Shown here: one piece after another, positions 1 to 9,102 of the stretch
How the letters are laid out: each line of letters begins with the position of its first letter
Position numbering within the stretch: position 1 is the stretch's first letter
NCBI GenBank assembly: GCA_963667075.1
Contig: OY762938.1
Coordinates: forward strand, 596,100 to 660,099
DNA from: an uncultured Micavibrio sp.
GTDB taxonomy: Bacteria > Pseudomonadota > Alphaproteobacteria > Micavibrionales > Micavibrionaceae
Reading direction: 5' to 3'
DNA length: 64,000 bases
Notes under the pieces: model-generated
What the model saw: only the letters and a program-made list of their open reading frames with translations
Databases searched by the model: none
Told to the model about the DNA's origin: nothing
Position numbers and translations under genes: made by a program

Positions 1-1875
1 CAAGCCAAACAGGTGGAAGGCGAAGTAGTTCGTCAGAATGATGACGGCTCTGTTCGCATTAAAACAGACTATGGCGATATTGAGATTCGCCTGCGTGCAC
101 AAAATGCCCGTATAGCAGAACAGCTTCAGGCTGGACAAAAGATCAACATTGAAATCCCGGCAGGCAAAATACCGGACAAAATACTTGTACAGCTACTGCC
201 CCAAAACACAGCACAATCATCTAAGCCAGTACAAACAACAACAACAAATACACCACAAGACAGGGTAGATTTAGGCACAGAAATCAAATTGCCTTCGCCT
301 GCCTCAACCATACAACAACCTCTCCGCATTAGCCCGGCACAGCCGCGCCCTGTTATCCCCGGGCAAACAATAAGAATGCTGCCCGTTCCGCCCGGGCAAT
401 TAGGCGCGCCATTACAATTACAGGCACAGGCACAGGCACAAGCACAGGCACAAGCACAAGCACAGCCAGAACCTGTCCAAATGACGCTTTCTTTAAAACC
501 AGAAATTAAAGCCGCACTGGAATCGCTCATCATCAATTTACCTGATCTTGAGTCGCTATCATTAGCTTCCAGCTTCTTACAAAGCGTTGTGCAAACGAAT
601 GGTCAAAGTATTCTTCCAGCCTCTTTACCCAAAGCCAGCGACAATGCTCTCCTTTTTCATTTACTCAACTGGCAAAATAATGCCTCCCCTACTGCGCCAG
701 CTTCTTCTTTTTCCTTTGTAAAACCGGTTTCCCTACCATCTGACATATCTAACATGGGCACATTTATATTATCCTCTACAGAGACTCTGCAAACAAACCC
801 TGTTCTAAACACCTCAAACACACTCATCCAGCCTATCGCAACCAATCTGATCAATGCTTCTGTGCCTGTAACACCACCAGCCGCACAAACGCTTGATATC
901 CAAATTCTGAAAATTATACCGCCGCAAACGCTATCCGTCAGGACCGCCGAGATAGCCTCTCACACGCATCCGCCTGATATCATATCCCCCACACTGAAAG
1001 CGGGGATAGCACAAGGCACCATTATTGGCACAACCACACAGAACTTCCCTATCCTGTCCTTTACGCCACCGGGACATGATTTTCCACAAGCCTTTGTATT
1101 GCAAAGGACAGCCACCAACCTGCCAATCGGTACAACACTCGAATTTTTTTCCACGCCTGCAGGCCTGCCAGCGGACTCCATCACAACAACGCCGCTGACC
1201 GCTCCATTGCCAGACATTATCTGGCCGCCGCTAAACGAAATTATCGAAACACTATTGGAACTCGGCGTAGTAACAGATAAACAACTGGCGAATATTTTAC
1301 CCTCTGCCGGTCATGTCAGACAAATGGGAGCCGGTCTGTTATTCTTTCTGTCCGCGATTCGCTCAGGCGATGTTTCAAATTTTTTCTCCCCCAAGAAGAT
1401 AGACCTCTTGCGGCAGATGGGAAAGACAGACGCAGTCAACCGGTTGTCCCGTGATTTTGGTACGCTAAATAGAATAGTCAATGAACCACCCGCACCGGGG
1501 CAGGATTGGAAAACACTGCCCTTGCCACTTTTATGGGAAGGACAGGTCGAAAAGATCGCCCTCCATTACAAACGTGAAGATCAGAACAAAGAAAACAAGA
1601 ACGGAGAAAAAGAAAAGCTCACCCGCTTTATCATGGAGCTGGACTTAAACCGGATGGGCAGCGTGCAGATTGACGGCCTCGCCCGCACAGGAAAGCTAGA
1701 CATGATTGTCCGCACCCAAAGTGCCCTCAGCCAGCCCATGCGCCAAACCATGCGAAAATTATACGTCGAGGCCTTAGAACATTCACGGATTACAGGCGAA
1801 CTATCCTTCCAACACACCCCCGATCAATGGGTCAGCATCAATGAAATAGAACAAAAAATCGGCCTATCAACGTGA
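1..1875 (+). CDS. Pro/Gln/Thr-rich protein with a FliK-like C-terminal domain (putative flagellar hook-length control protein). The frame is open to the window edge, so the 5' end may be missing.
   Basis: 620-aa ORF with GTG at 13 and no in-frame stop before it. The centre is low-complexity. The C-terminal segment LTRFIMELDLNRMGSVQIDGLARTGKLDMIVRTQS...LYVEALEHSRITGELSF has the pattern of FliK/Flg_hook C-terminal domains. It lies in the neighbourhood of fliJ and fliI. Confidence 0.5.
   Translation, partial: QAKQVEGEVVRQNDDGSVRIKTDYGDIEIRLRAQNARIAEQLQAGQKINIEIPAGKIPDKILVQLLPQNTAQSSKPVQTTTTNTPQDRVDLGTEIKLPSPASTIQQPLRISPAQPRPVIPGQTIRMLPVPPGQLGAPLQLQAQAQAQAQAQAQAQPEPVQMTLSLKPEIKAALESLIINLPDLESLSLASSFLQSVVQTNGQSILPASLPKASDNALLFHLLNWQNNASPTAPASSFSFVKPVSLPSDISNMGTFILSSTETLQTNPVLNTSNTLIQPIATNLINASVPVTPPAAQTLDIQILKIIPPQTLSVRTAEIASHTHPPDIISPTLKAGIAQGTIIGTTTQNFPILSFTPPGHDFPQAFVLQRTATNLPIGTTLEFFSTPAGLPADSITTTPLTAPLPDIIWPPLNEIIETLLELGVVTDKQLANILPSAGHVRQMGAGLLFFLSAIRSGDVSNFFSPKKIDLLRQMGKTDAVNRLSRDFGTLNRIVNEPPAPGQDWKTLPLPLLWEGQVEKIALHYKREDQNKENKNGEKEKLTRFIMELDLNRMGSVQIDGLARTGKLDMIVRTQSALSQPMRQTMRKLYVEALEHSRITGELSFQHTPDQWVSINEIEQKIGLST
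421..462 (+). repeat. In-frame hexanucleotide microsatellite (CARGCA)x7 encoding (QA)7
   Basis: Read directly: caggca caggca caggca caagca caggca caagca caagca, followed by cagcca. Confidence 0.95.
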
Positions 1876-1885
1876 CCTTAATCAC

Positions 1886-3157
1886 CTACCCCATTTTACA
1901 AACAGGGACATGAACCGCAGGTCGTGACTCAGAATTATAATAGTTATACAACACGCCAGAAAGTGCCTTCGCACCATTTCTTGACTGATCTGCCTTGTTC
2001 AATGCCTTCAAAACAGCCGGCGCGGACACCTCATCCAGTAAATCTGTTTTCAGCTCTATTGCTTGCGCAATTGTACCAGCCCGGTCAGCCTGCGGACCTG
2101 AATAATCTTCTATTTTTTCCGCATACTCTTTCAACAACGAAGAACTAATGTAAGACGCACAAGTTACAAGCACCTCATCTTTCAAAAAACGAGCATCAAT
2201 ATCCTTAAAACTGCTATCGGAAATAATACCTGCACCATGTGCCGCTATAACACCACGCAATGCTTTCGCGCCATTTCTTGACTGATCTGCCTTGTTCAAT
2301 GCCTTCAAAACAGCCGGCGCGGCCACCTCATCCAGTAAATCTGTTTTTAGCTCTATTGCTTGCGCAATTATCCCGGCCCGGTCAGCCTGCGGACCTGAAT
2401 AATCTTCTATTTTTTCCGCATACTCTTTCAACAACGAAGAACTAATGTAAGACGCACAAGTTACAAGCACCTCATCTTTCAAAAAACGAGCATCAATATC
2501 CTTAAAACTGCTATCGGAAATAATACCTGCACCATGTGCCGCTATAACACCACGCAATGCTTTCGCGCCATTTCTTGACTGATCTGCCTTGTTCAACGCC
2601 TTCAAAACAGCCGGCGCGGACACCTCATCCAGTAAATCTGTTTTCAGCTCTATTGCTTGCGCAATTGTACCAGCCCGGTCAGCCTGCGGACCTGAATAAT
2701 CTTCTATCTTTTCCGCAAAAGCACGCAGATCATTCGACGTTTTTATATCCGACAGTTCTTGTGCAGGTGGCGAAGGAGGAGGCTCTGATTCAGAAGGTGT
2801 TTCATTCGCATCGAAAAGATCCTTAAACTCTTGATTTAAATCAGCGTTGGCCGCATCTTCTGCCTCGCGGAAAGCATCGCGTACATCAGCGGCAGGATCT
2901 TTTCTACGATTTCCCCCTCCAAAAAAATCAAAGATAGAGGAGAAAGATCGCGGTCGTCTGCTATCATCATAGGCCTGTCTTCTTTCAGGAACTGAAAGCG
3001 TGGCATAAGCTTCGGATACAGACTTAAACCCTGTATCGTCACCGTTATTTTTATCTGGATGCAGTGTCTTGGATTTATCCCGAAAAGCGAGTTGTATTTC
3101 TTGTTGTGTGGCATCTTCAGAAACACCCAGAACCTTATAATAATCTACTCCCGCCAT
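1886..3157 (-). CDS. J-domain (DnaJ-like) protein with a C-terminal array of 99-aa tandem repeats
   Basis: The N-terminus DYYKVLGVSEDATQQEIQLAFRDKSKTLHPDK has the HPD motif and is followed by ...AYATLSVPERRQAYD. An acidic linker and about 2.5 near-identical 99-aa repeats follow. There is no Zn-finger or DnaJ C-terminal domain. Confidence 0.85.
   Translation of the reverse strand: MAGVDYYKVLGVSEDATQQEIQLAFRDKSKTLHPDKNNGDDTGFKSVSEAYATLSVPERRQAYDDSRRPRSFSSIFDFFGGGNRRKDPAADVRDAFREAEDAANADLNQEFKDLFDANETPSESEPPPSPPAQELSDIKTSNDLRAFAEKIEDYSGPQADRAGTIAQAIELKTDLLDEVSAPAVLKALNKADQSRNGAKALRGVIAAHGAGIISDSSFKDIDARFLKDEVLVTCASYISSSLLKEYAEKIEDYSGPQADRAGIIAQAIELKTDLLDEVAAPAVLKALNKADQSRNGAKALRGVIAAHGAGIISDSSFKDIDARFLKDEVLVTCASYISSSLLKEYAEKIEDYSGPQADRAGTIAQAIELKTDLLDEVSAPAVLKALNKADQSRNGAKALSGVLYNYYNSESRPAVHVPVCKMG
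1961..2716. repeat. Tandem direct repeat with a 297-bp period and about 2.5 copies, inside the J-domain gene
   Basis: Equivalent positions recur at a +297 bp offset (for example 1978, 2275 and 2572). The protein copies differ at only 2 residues per 99 aa (T/I and S/A). Confidence 0.9.
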
Positions 3158-3259
3158 AATCCCTTTTACCCTCTAGCTATACTGAAAATATCGAAAGAGA
3201 GTATCATAGATGGGTTTATTATGTCAATAAAGATGTGATTATCCAAAGCAAAAAAATTT

Positions 3260-3334
3260 GTCATTCCGGTGAAAACCGGAATCTATTTGTATGTTCCGAT
3301 AATGCCTATGGATGCCGGTTTTCACCGGCATGAC
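3260..3334. repeat. Pair of inverted REP-like palindromic units, GTCAT[T/G]CCGGTGAAAACCGG[A/C]AT
   Basis: gtcattccggtgaaaaccggaat lies at 3260-3282. Its inverted copy atgccggttttcaccggcatgac lies at 3312-3334. Each forms an 8-bp stem with a GAAA/TTTC loop. The pair lies between the fliJ stop and the J-domain gene start. Confidence 0.8.
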
Positions 3335-3387
3335 GACAAGGGAAATTTTTTATATCGTATTTGTCCCTTAGGATTTTAGAAGCATCC

Positions 3388-3813
3388 CTATTCCTCGCCA
3401 TTTCTCCGGAAGCCTTCTATTCCAATCTCATCAAGTTCTTTGCTTTCTTTTTGCTTTTCTTCTTCCTTTATGGCTTCATCACGGCGACGCTGCGTTATTT
3501 CCGCTTTTTTAAGCTCGGCAAAGGCCGCGCGTATATCTTCTTGTGCGATAGCAATACGGGTATTGAGTTTTTTAAGGGCTTTATCCAATCCCCCGATTTT
3601 GATCCGCACGCCTTCAGCATAACGGCCATAATAAGCAATAGATTCCAGCATCTCGCTTTCTTCTGCCAGTTTCCTCTCTTCTTGCATCTGGTCAAGCAAG
3701 GCTTGTTTTTGGGATTCGATCTGCTCAGCCTCTCGGAATAAACGAGCGAGCACACGCTGTTTTTCATCAACTGTGTGTTTGCGCAGGCGGATAAGTCCGT
3801 GAAGATCGGCCAT
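3388..3813 (-). CDS. fliJ: Flagellar export protein FliJ
   Basis: 141-aa coiled-coil protein immediately downstream of fliI with a 6-bp gap. The N-terminal pattern LIRLRKHTVDEKQRVLA is typical of alphaproteobacterial FliJ. Confidence 0.75.
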   Translation of the reverse strand: MADLHGLIRLRKHTVDEKQRVLARLFREAEQIESQKQALLDQMQEERKLAEESEMLESIAYYGRYAEGVRIKIGGLDKALKKLNTRIAIAQEDIRAAFAELKKAEITQRRRDEAIKEEEKQKESKELDEIGIEGFRRNGEE

Positions 3814-3819
3814 GCGCTA

Positions 3820-5187
3820 TTATCCCTGCTGCCTTTGCGGCATGCTGCTATAGGACATACCGAGTATCTGAGCCAACACAGCAAATCCCTCTTCAATCGG
3901 CGTATTTTCTTCTTTGAGCTGCGAGAGAAAACTCTCTAATTCAGGATAAAGACGAATGGCTTCATCAACATTCTGGTCTGTACCCTTACGGTAAGCCCCC
4001 AGCCTGATAAGCTCGGCCATATCCTCATATGTTGTAATGTGTTTCTTGGCCGCTTTGACAAGATCGTTTTGCTCTGACCTTAAACAATGCGGCATAGAAC
4101 GCGACACAGATTTTAACACATTAATCGCCGGATAGCGGCCACGGTCTGCAATTTCCCGCTCCATCACAATGTGCCCATCCACAATACCGCGCACCGCATC
4201 AGAGATCGGCTCGTTCGTATCATCACCCTCAACAAGGACAGAGAAAAGCCCCGTAATAGAACCATCGCCGGGCGCACCAGGGCCAGCACGTTCCAATAGA
4301 CGGGCCAGTTCTCCAAATGTTGTCGGCGGATAGCCCTTGGAGGTTGGCGGCTCGCCCGCTGACAAGCCAATCTCCCGTTGCGCCATGGCAAAACGGGTAA
4401 TGGAATCGATCAGACAGAGCACTTGCTTCTTTTGCGCGCGAAAATATTCAGCCACAGAGAGTGTCATATAAGCCGCCTGCCGCCGCATCAGTGCAGGTTC
4501 ATCTCCCGTTGCCACAATGACAACGGAACGGGCCAGCCCATCTTCGCCAAGATCATCTTCTAAAAATTCCTGCACCTCGCGGCCACGCTCTCCCACCAGA
4601 CCAATCACAGAGACATCGGCCTCTGTATAGCGGGCCATCATGGACAGCAGAACAGATTTACCAACACCGGACCCGGAAAAAATGCCCATCCGCTGACCCC
4701 GGCAGGTCGCCAGAAAACTGTTCACCGCCCGCACACCCAGATCCAGATGCTCCCCCACACGTTGACGCGCATGGGCTGGCGGCGGTTTGTTCTTCAGGGG
4801 AATCGGCATACTGCCTTGTGCCAGCGGCCCTTTGCCATCAATGGGCTCCCCCAGACCATTGATCACACGCCCAAGCCAGCGATCACTCGGAAAAATAGCC
4901 GGTCTGTTTTCCTGAATAACAGCCCTGCACCCAAGCCCAACCCCTTCCAGATTGCCAAAAGGCAACAACAAAGCACGCTCATCCTTAAAACCGACCACTT
5001 CACACGGGATGTCATGCGGCTCTGTGCCGTTTCCTGCTTGCAGCCGCACCATAGAACCAACCGTTAAACCCGAACCAAAACCCGCAATTTCAACCAGAAG
5101 GCCCAATATTTTTGTTACCCGTCCATAAACCTCATGGTCTGACAAGGCAGAAATAACAGCATCGGCTTTTTGATACATTCTATCCAT
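3820..5187 (-). CDS. fliI: Flagellum-specific ATP synthase FliI
   Basis: 455 aa. Walker A is GSGVGKS and Walker B-like is [12 protein letters not shown]. It has F1/T3SS-ATPase architecture. Confidence 0.95.
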   Translation of the reverse strand: MDRMYQKADAVISALSDHEVYGRVTKILGLLVEIAGFGSGLTVGSMVRLQAGNGTEPHDIPCEVVGFKDERALLLPFGNLEGVGLGCRAVIQENRPAIFPSDRWLGRVINGLGEPIDGKGPLAQGSMPIPLKNKPPPAHARQRVGEHLDLGVRAVNSFLATCRGQRMGIFSGSGVGKSVLLSMMARYTEADVSVIGLVGERGREVQEFLEDDLGEDGLARSVVIVATGDEPALMRRQAAYMTLSVAEYFRAQKKQVLCLIDSITRFAMAQREIGLSAGEPPTSKGYPPTTFGELARLLERAGPGAPGDGSITGLFSVLVEGDDTNEPISDAVRGIVDGHIVMEREIADRGRYPAINVLKSVSRSMPHCLRSEQNDLVKAAKKHITTYEDMAELIRLGAYRKGTDQNVDEAIRLYPELESFLSQLKEENTPIEEGFAVLAQILGMSYSSMPQRQQG

Positions 5188-5347
5188 TTAGTAATTGATC
5201 AGAGGCTTAACGCGCTCAATATATTCGTGTTTTTGTTTAAGTTAGCAACTGCGAAAAAGGTTTGTTAACCTTTTTAATATTTGGTAAGATACTTCGTTAA
5301 TAAAGATTAACATGTCCGGTTCACAAATTAAAGAAGGGAAACAAACC

Positions 5348-6052
5348 ATGCGGGTTTTATTGGTTGAAGATGACAGCTCAACAGCCAAGAGCATTGAGCT
5401 TATGCTTAAATCAGAAGGATACGTCATTGATTCGACTGATCTTGGTGAAGACGGACTGGAAATCGGGAAGCTCTACGATTATGATATCATCATTCTTGAC
5501 CTTATGCTCCCTGATATGGATGGCTATGAAGTGTTGAAACGCCTTCGGGCCTCGAAAGTGGAAACCCCTATCCTTATCCTCTCCGGCCTGACAGAGATGG
5601 ATAACAAAATCAAAGGCCTTGGCTTTGGCGCAGACGATTATCTAACAAAGCCCTTTGACAAACGCGAGCTGGTCGCCCGTATTCAGGCCATTGTACGCCG
5701 TTCCCAAGGTCATGCACATAGTGAAATCACGACCGGTAAAGTCACCGTCAATCTTGATACAAGAACGGTTGAAGTCGCAGGGGAAACCCTTCATCTCACA
5801 GGCAAAGAATACGGCATTCTTGAGCTTCTTTCTTTGAGGAAAGGTTCTACGCTCACCAAGGAAATGTTCCTGAACCACCTTTACGGCGGGATGGACGAAC
5901 CGGAAGTCAAAATTATTGACGTCTTCATCTGCAAACTCCGTAAAAAACTGGAAGATGCAACAAACGGTGACAACTACATCGAAACCGTCTGGGGCCGTGG
6001 CTATGTGCTACGTGACCCGGAAGCTGAAAAGAAAAAGAAAGTCGTCGGATAA
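5348..6052 (+). CDS. ctrA: Cell-cycle response regulator CtrA (OmpR family)
   Basis: MRVLLVEDD...[17 protein letters not shown]...[10 protein letters not shown] forms the receiver domain, followed by a winged-helix C-terminus ([13 protein letters not shown]). I chose the ATG at 5348, which is preceded by GAAGGGAA. The ORF track starts at 5312. Confidence 0.9.
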   Translation: MRVLLVEDDSSTAKSIELMLKSEGYVIDSTDLGEDGLEIGKLYDYDIIILDLMLPDMDGYEVLKRLRASKVETPILILSGLTEMDNKIKGLGFGADDYLTKPFDKRELVARIQAIVRRSQGHAHSEITTGKVTVNLDTRTVEVAGETLHLTGKEYGILELLSLRKGSTLTKEMFLNHLYGGMDEPEVKIIDVFICKLRKKLEDATNGDNYIETVWGRGYVLRDPEAEKKKKVVG

Positions 6053-6059
6053 TTTTTAC

Positions 6060-6141
6060 TTAACCACAGCGGGCGCAGAGAACACGAGAGACATCTTTTA
6101 AGAAGAAAAAACTCTGTGACCTTTGCGCCCGCTGTGGTTAA
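6060..6141. repeat. Long palindrome with 18-bp perfect arms and a 46-nt spacer, just downstream of ctrA
   Basis: ttaaccacagcgggcgca (6060-6077) pairs with tgcgcccgctgtggttaa (6124-6141). No U-tract follows on either strand. Confidence 0.85.
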
Positions 6142-6189
6142 AAACAAAGGAATAAAAATCACAGCCGCTTCTTTAAAAAATTTAACACT

Positions 6190-6738
6190 ATGAAAAACAT
6201 ACCAAACATTCTGACTCTGGCACGTATTGCCATTTTGCCTGTTCTGGTTGGGCTGCTTTTTGTGCCGGAAGACTGGGCTGTGTGGACATGTTTTGCGCTT
6301 TATGTGTTTGCGGCTGTGACAGATTTTATAGATGGGTGGCTGGCACGTAAAATGAATGCCACCTCGGCCTTTGGCAAATTTCTTGATCCTATAGCTGACA
6401 AAATTCTGGTTGTATGCTTGCTGGTTATGTTTGTCGCAACAAACCGCATTGAAGGTATTTTCCTTATCCCTCTTCTTGTAATCCTGATCCGTGAATTCAT
6501 CGTTGCGGGACTACGTGAATATCTCGGCCCCTATAACATTGCCCTGCCCGTCACACAACTAGCTAAATGGAAGACCACCATTCAGATGATCGCCATGGGC
6601 TTTTTGCTCATCGGGCCTTATGCGACGTACTGTCATGAAGCCGGCCTCGCAGGTCTTACCGTAGCGGCACTGCTAACCGCTATCACAGGCTGGGGATACT
6701 TAAAAACAGGGTTTTTTCATATGAAAAAAATTGGCTAA
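6190..6738 (+). CDS. pgsA: CDP-diacylglycerol--glycerol-3-phosphate 3-phosphatidyltransferase
   Basis: CDP-alcohol phosphatidyltransferase motif DFIDGWLARK...GKFLDPIADK. Multi-pass membrane protein of 182 aa. Confidence 0.85.
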   Translation: MKNIPNILTLARIAILPVLVGLLFVPEDWAVWTCFALYVFAAVTDFIDGWLARKMNATSAFGKFLDPIADKILVVCLLVMFVATNRIEGIFLIPLLVILIREFIVAGLREYLGPYNIALPVTQLAKWKTTIQMIAMGFLLIGPYATYCHEAGLAGLTVAALLTAITGWGYLKTGFFHMKKIG

Positions 6739-6839
6739 TCTTCTCACAAAAAATATTGTTTTACTTTGACTTAGCCGCTTTCTCAGGCCATAAATATATC
6801 GTCAACCCCCTTTAAATCATAGCTCTGAGTTGTAACCGC

Positions 6840-7916
6840 ATGAAAAAGCTCTATAGATGTTTACGCCCCTTATTGTTCAAAGTACCGCCTGAAACAGCAC
6901 ATAACATGATGATTTCCGTCCTTTCCAGAGTGCCAGTTCCTTGCGGCAAGGCCTTTGATGCGCCAAATCTTAAGGTAACATTGTGGGAAAGGAATTTCCC
7001 CAACCCGATTGGTGTTGCCGCAGGCTTTGACAAAAACGCAGACATTATCGGTCCTTGCCTGAAATTCGGGTTTGGCTTTACTGAAACAGGCACTGTGACA
7101 CCAAGGCCACAAGATGGTAACCCGAAACCACGCATTTTCCGTGATCCGGGTACACGCTCTGCCATAAACCGTATGGGATTTCCCAGCGCAGGCCTATCGC
7201 AATTCAAAACCAATCTAACGCGCTTTATTGACAAAAAGCCAAGACCACTTGGTATTGTCGGCGTCAACATTGGCATGAACAAGAACCAGACAGAGCCTGC
7301 TAAAGATTACACAGCCCTCATCCGCAATTTAGGGCCTTTGGCTGATTTTCTGGTGATTAATATTTCCTCCCCGAACACGCCGGGTTTGCGCAATCTCCAG
7401 AAAAAAGAGCATTTGGCCCCTCTTCTTGACGCTGTCATGACAGAGCGAACAAAATCCTGCCGGACCTCTGCCCCGCCGATGCTGGTAAAACTCTCACCGG
7501 ACATTCACGAAGACGAACAGGAAGACATTGCCATAACAATCCTGAACAGCGGCATTGACGGCCTTATTTTAACAAACACGACACTAGACCGTCCGACCTA
7601 TCTACCAGAAAATTTTGCTAAAGAACAAGGCGGTCTGAGCGGTGAACCTGTAAAAGATAAAAGCACAGAAACGATCAGACGATTTTATGCCCTCACAAAA
7701 AGAAAGCTTCCCATTATCGGAGTCGGTGGCGTTGCTTCCGGGCAGGACGCTTTTGAGAAAATAAAAGCCGGTGCCTCCCTGATTGAGCTTTATACCAGCA
7801 TGGTTTACGAAGGACCATGGATTGCCAACAAGATCAATAAAGAGCTTTCCGCCCTGCTGGAGAAAAACGGCTATAATTCTGTTATGGAGGCTGTAGGGGC
7901 AGACAATGCCGGATAA
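6840..7916 (+). CDS. pyrD: Dihydroorotate dehydrogenase (quinone), class 2
   Basis: Motifs GVAAGFDKNA, NRMGFPS, NIGMNK, INISSPNTPGLR and GGVASGQDAFEKIKAGASL. Confidence 0.92.
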   Translation: MKKLYRCLRPLLFKVPPETAHNMMISVLSRVPVPCGKAFDAPNLKVTLWERNFPNPIGVAAGFDKNADIIGPCLKFGFGFTETGTVTPRPQDGNPKPRIFRDPGTRSAINRMGFPSAGLSQFKTNLTRFIDKKPRPLGIVGVNIGMNKNQTEPAKDYTALIRNLGPLADFLVINISSPNTPGLRNLQKKEHLAPLLDAVMTERTKSCRTSAPPMLVKLSPDIHEDEQEDIAITILNSGIDGLILTNTTLDRPTYLPENFAKEQGGLSGEPVKDKSTETIRRFYALTKRKLPIIGVGGVASGQDAFEKIKAGASLIELYTSMVYEGPWIANKINKELSALLEKNGYNSVMEAVGADNAG

Positions 7917-9102
7917 ACAGAACCGCCGCAAGCGTAGAAACAAATCGCTTATCTGGTACGTGGCCGTAACACTTTACAGTCTGGCCGCCTGTCTTGTTAC
8001 GTTTGTGGCGGCACAGATTGCCCCTGCCGGTATCGTTTACACATCCATATGCGCCATAGCCCTTTCTTTATTCGTTTTTCAGGAACGTGCCAATCGCAAG
8101 GAAGAGGACAAAAAGCTTTCCATTAAAATACAGTCTGTATCAAACAAAATTGACACGGTAAACAAAGACCCTGCCGTCCCCTTTCATTTCAAAGACATAC
8201 TTCAGGCCGATTTAAAAAAAACGGACAGGGCCGACACTGGCAAAAAAGAACAGACTGTAAAGAAAACGAGAACCGTACCGCCTTTAACATCAAAGCCGAG
8301 AAAATTTTCCTCTTACACAGAAGAAGAAGATTTATCCATGTTCAGCGACACAATTGTCATTGAACTTATCCATCACGCCCTCGAACACAGGCAAATAGAA
8401 GTCTTTGCACAGCCGATTGTGCGCCTGCCTCAACGGAAAATATATGCGTTTGAGTTACTCGTACGCCTGCGTGCAAAGGCTGGAATATATATGCCGGCTA
8501 ACGACTTTATGAAACTGGCGGAAAAAGAAAAACTCGGCCCGGCCATTGATAACTATCTTCTGATACATTGTCTTAATACAATCAAGAACAAGAGAGGTTA
8601 CCATACCGATACCCCGTTCTTTTTAAATATTACACGGGCGACCTTAAGCGATCTGCACTTCATGCATACGCTTTTAACCTTTTTAAAACAGCATAAGGAT
8701 CTGTCTCACCGATTGATCTTTGAAATGAAACAAAAGGATTTTGAATCCCTCTCCCCCAAAGTCCGCAGTGTTTTAACCGGGCTATCCAGAATTGGTTGCC
8801 GTTTTTCCATGGACCATATTGAAAGTGCAGGCCTGACACCCCAGTTATTAAAAGACCGCCATATCAATTTTATCAAGCTGGATGCCTCAAAACTGATCAA
8901 CACCGTCAAAGATGAAAAAAGCTTTTTAACCTTAAAAAAATTTTTCTGTAAACTTACTGACATCGGTATCGAACTTGTTGTAGAACGTATGGAAAATGAA
9001 AAAAAACTTATAGAACTATTAGATGTTGGCGTTCGTTACGGACAGGGATACCTGTTCGGGAAACCCGACCGCGAAGCCATCTATAAAAGGAATGCCGCAT
9101 GA
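7906..9102 (+). CDS. Membrane-anchored EAL-domain protein (c-di-GMP phosphodiesterase-like, possibly degenerate)
   Basis: Two N-terminal TM helices. The EAL domain shows QPIVRL...AFELLVRL, FLNIT, IKLD and GQGYLFGKP. The usual DDFG metal-binding motif reads MDHI. Confidence 0.8.
   Translation: MPDKQNRRKRRNKSLIWYVAVTLYSLAACLVTFVAAQIAPAGIVYTSICAIALSLFVFQERANRKEEDKKLSIKIQSVSNKIDTVNKDPAVPFHFKDILQADLKKTDRADTGKKEQTVKKTRTVPPLTSKPRKFSSYTEEEDLSMFSDTIVIELIHHALEHRQIEVFAQPIVRLPQRKIYAFELLVRLRAKAGIYMPANDFMKLAEKEKLGPAIDNYLLIHCLNTIKNKRGYHTDTPFFLNITRATLSDLHFMHTLLTFLKQHKDLSHRLIFEMKQKDFESLSPKVRSVLTGLSRIGCRFSMDHIESAGLTPQLLKDRHINFIKLDASKLINTVKDEKSFLTLKKFFCKLTDIGIELVVERMENEKKLIELLDVGVRYGQGYLFGKPDREAIYKRNAA

Noticed and set aside
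5297-5311. Possible CtrA box upstream of ctrA
   Set aside because: The spacing is TTAA-N6-TTAAC, not the canonical TTAA-N7-TTAA. I report it only as a near miss, not as a called site.
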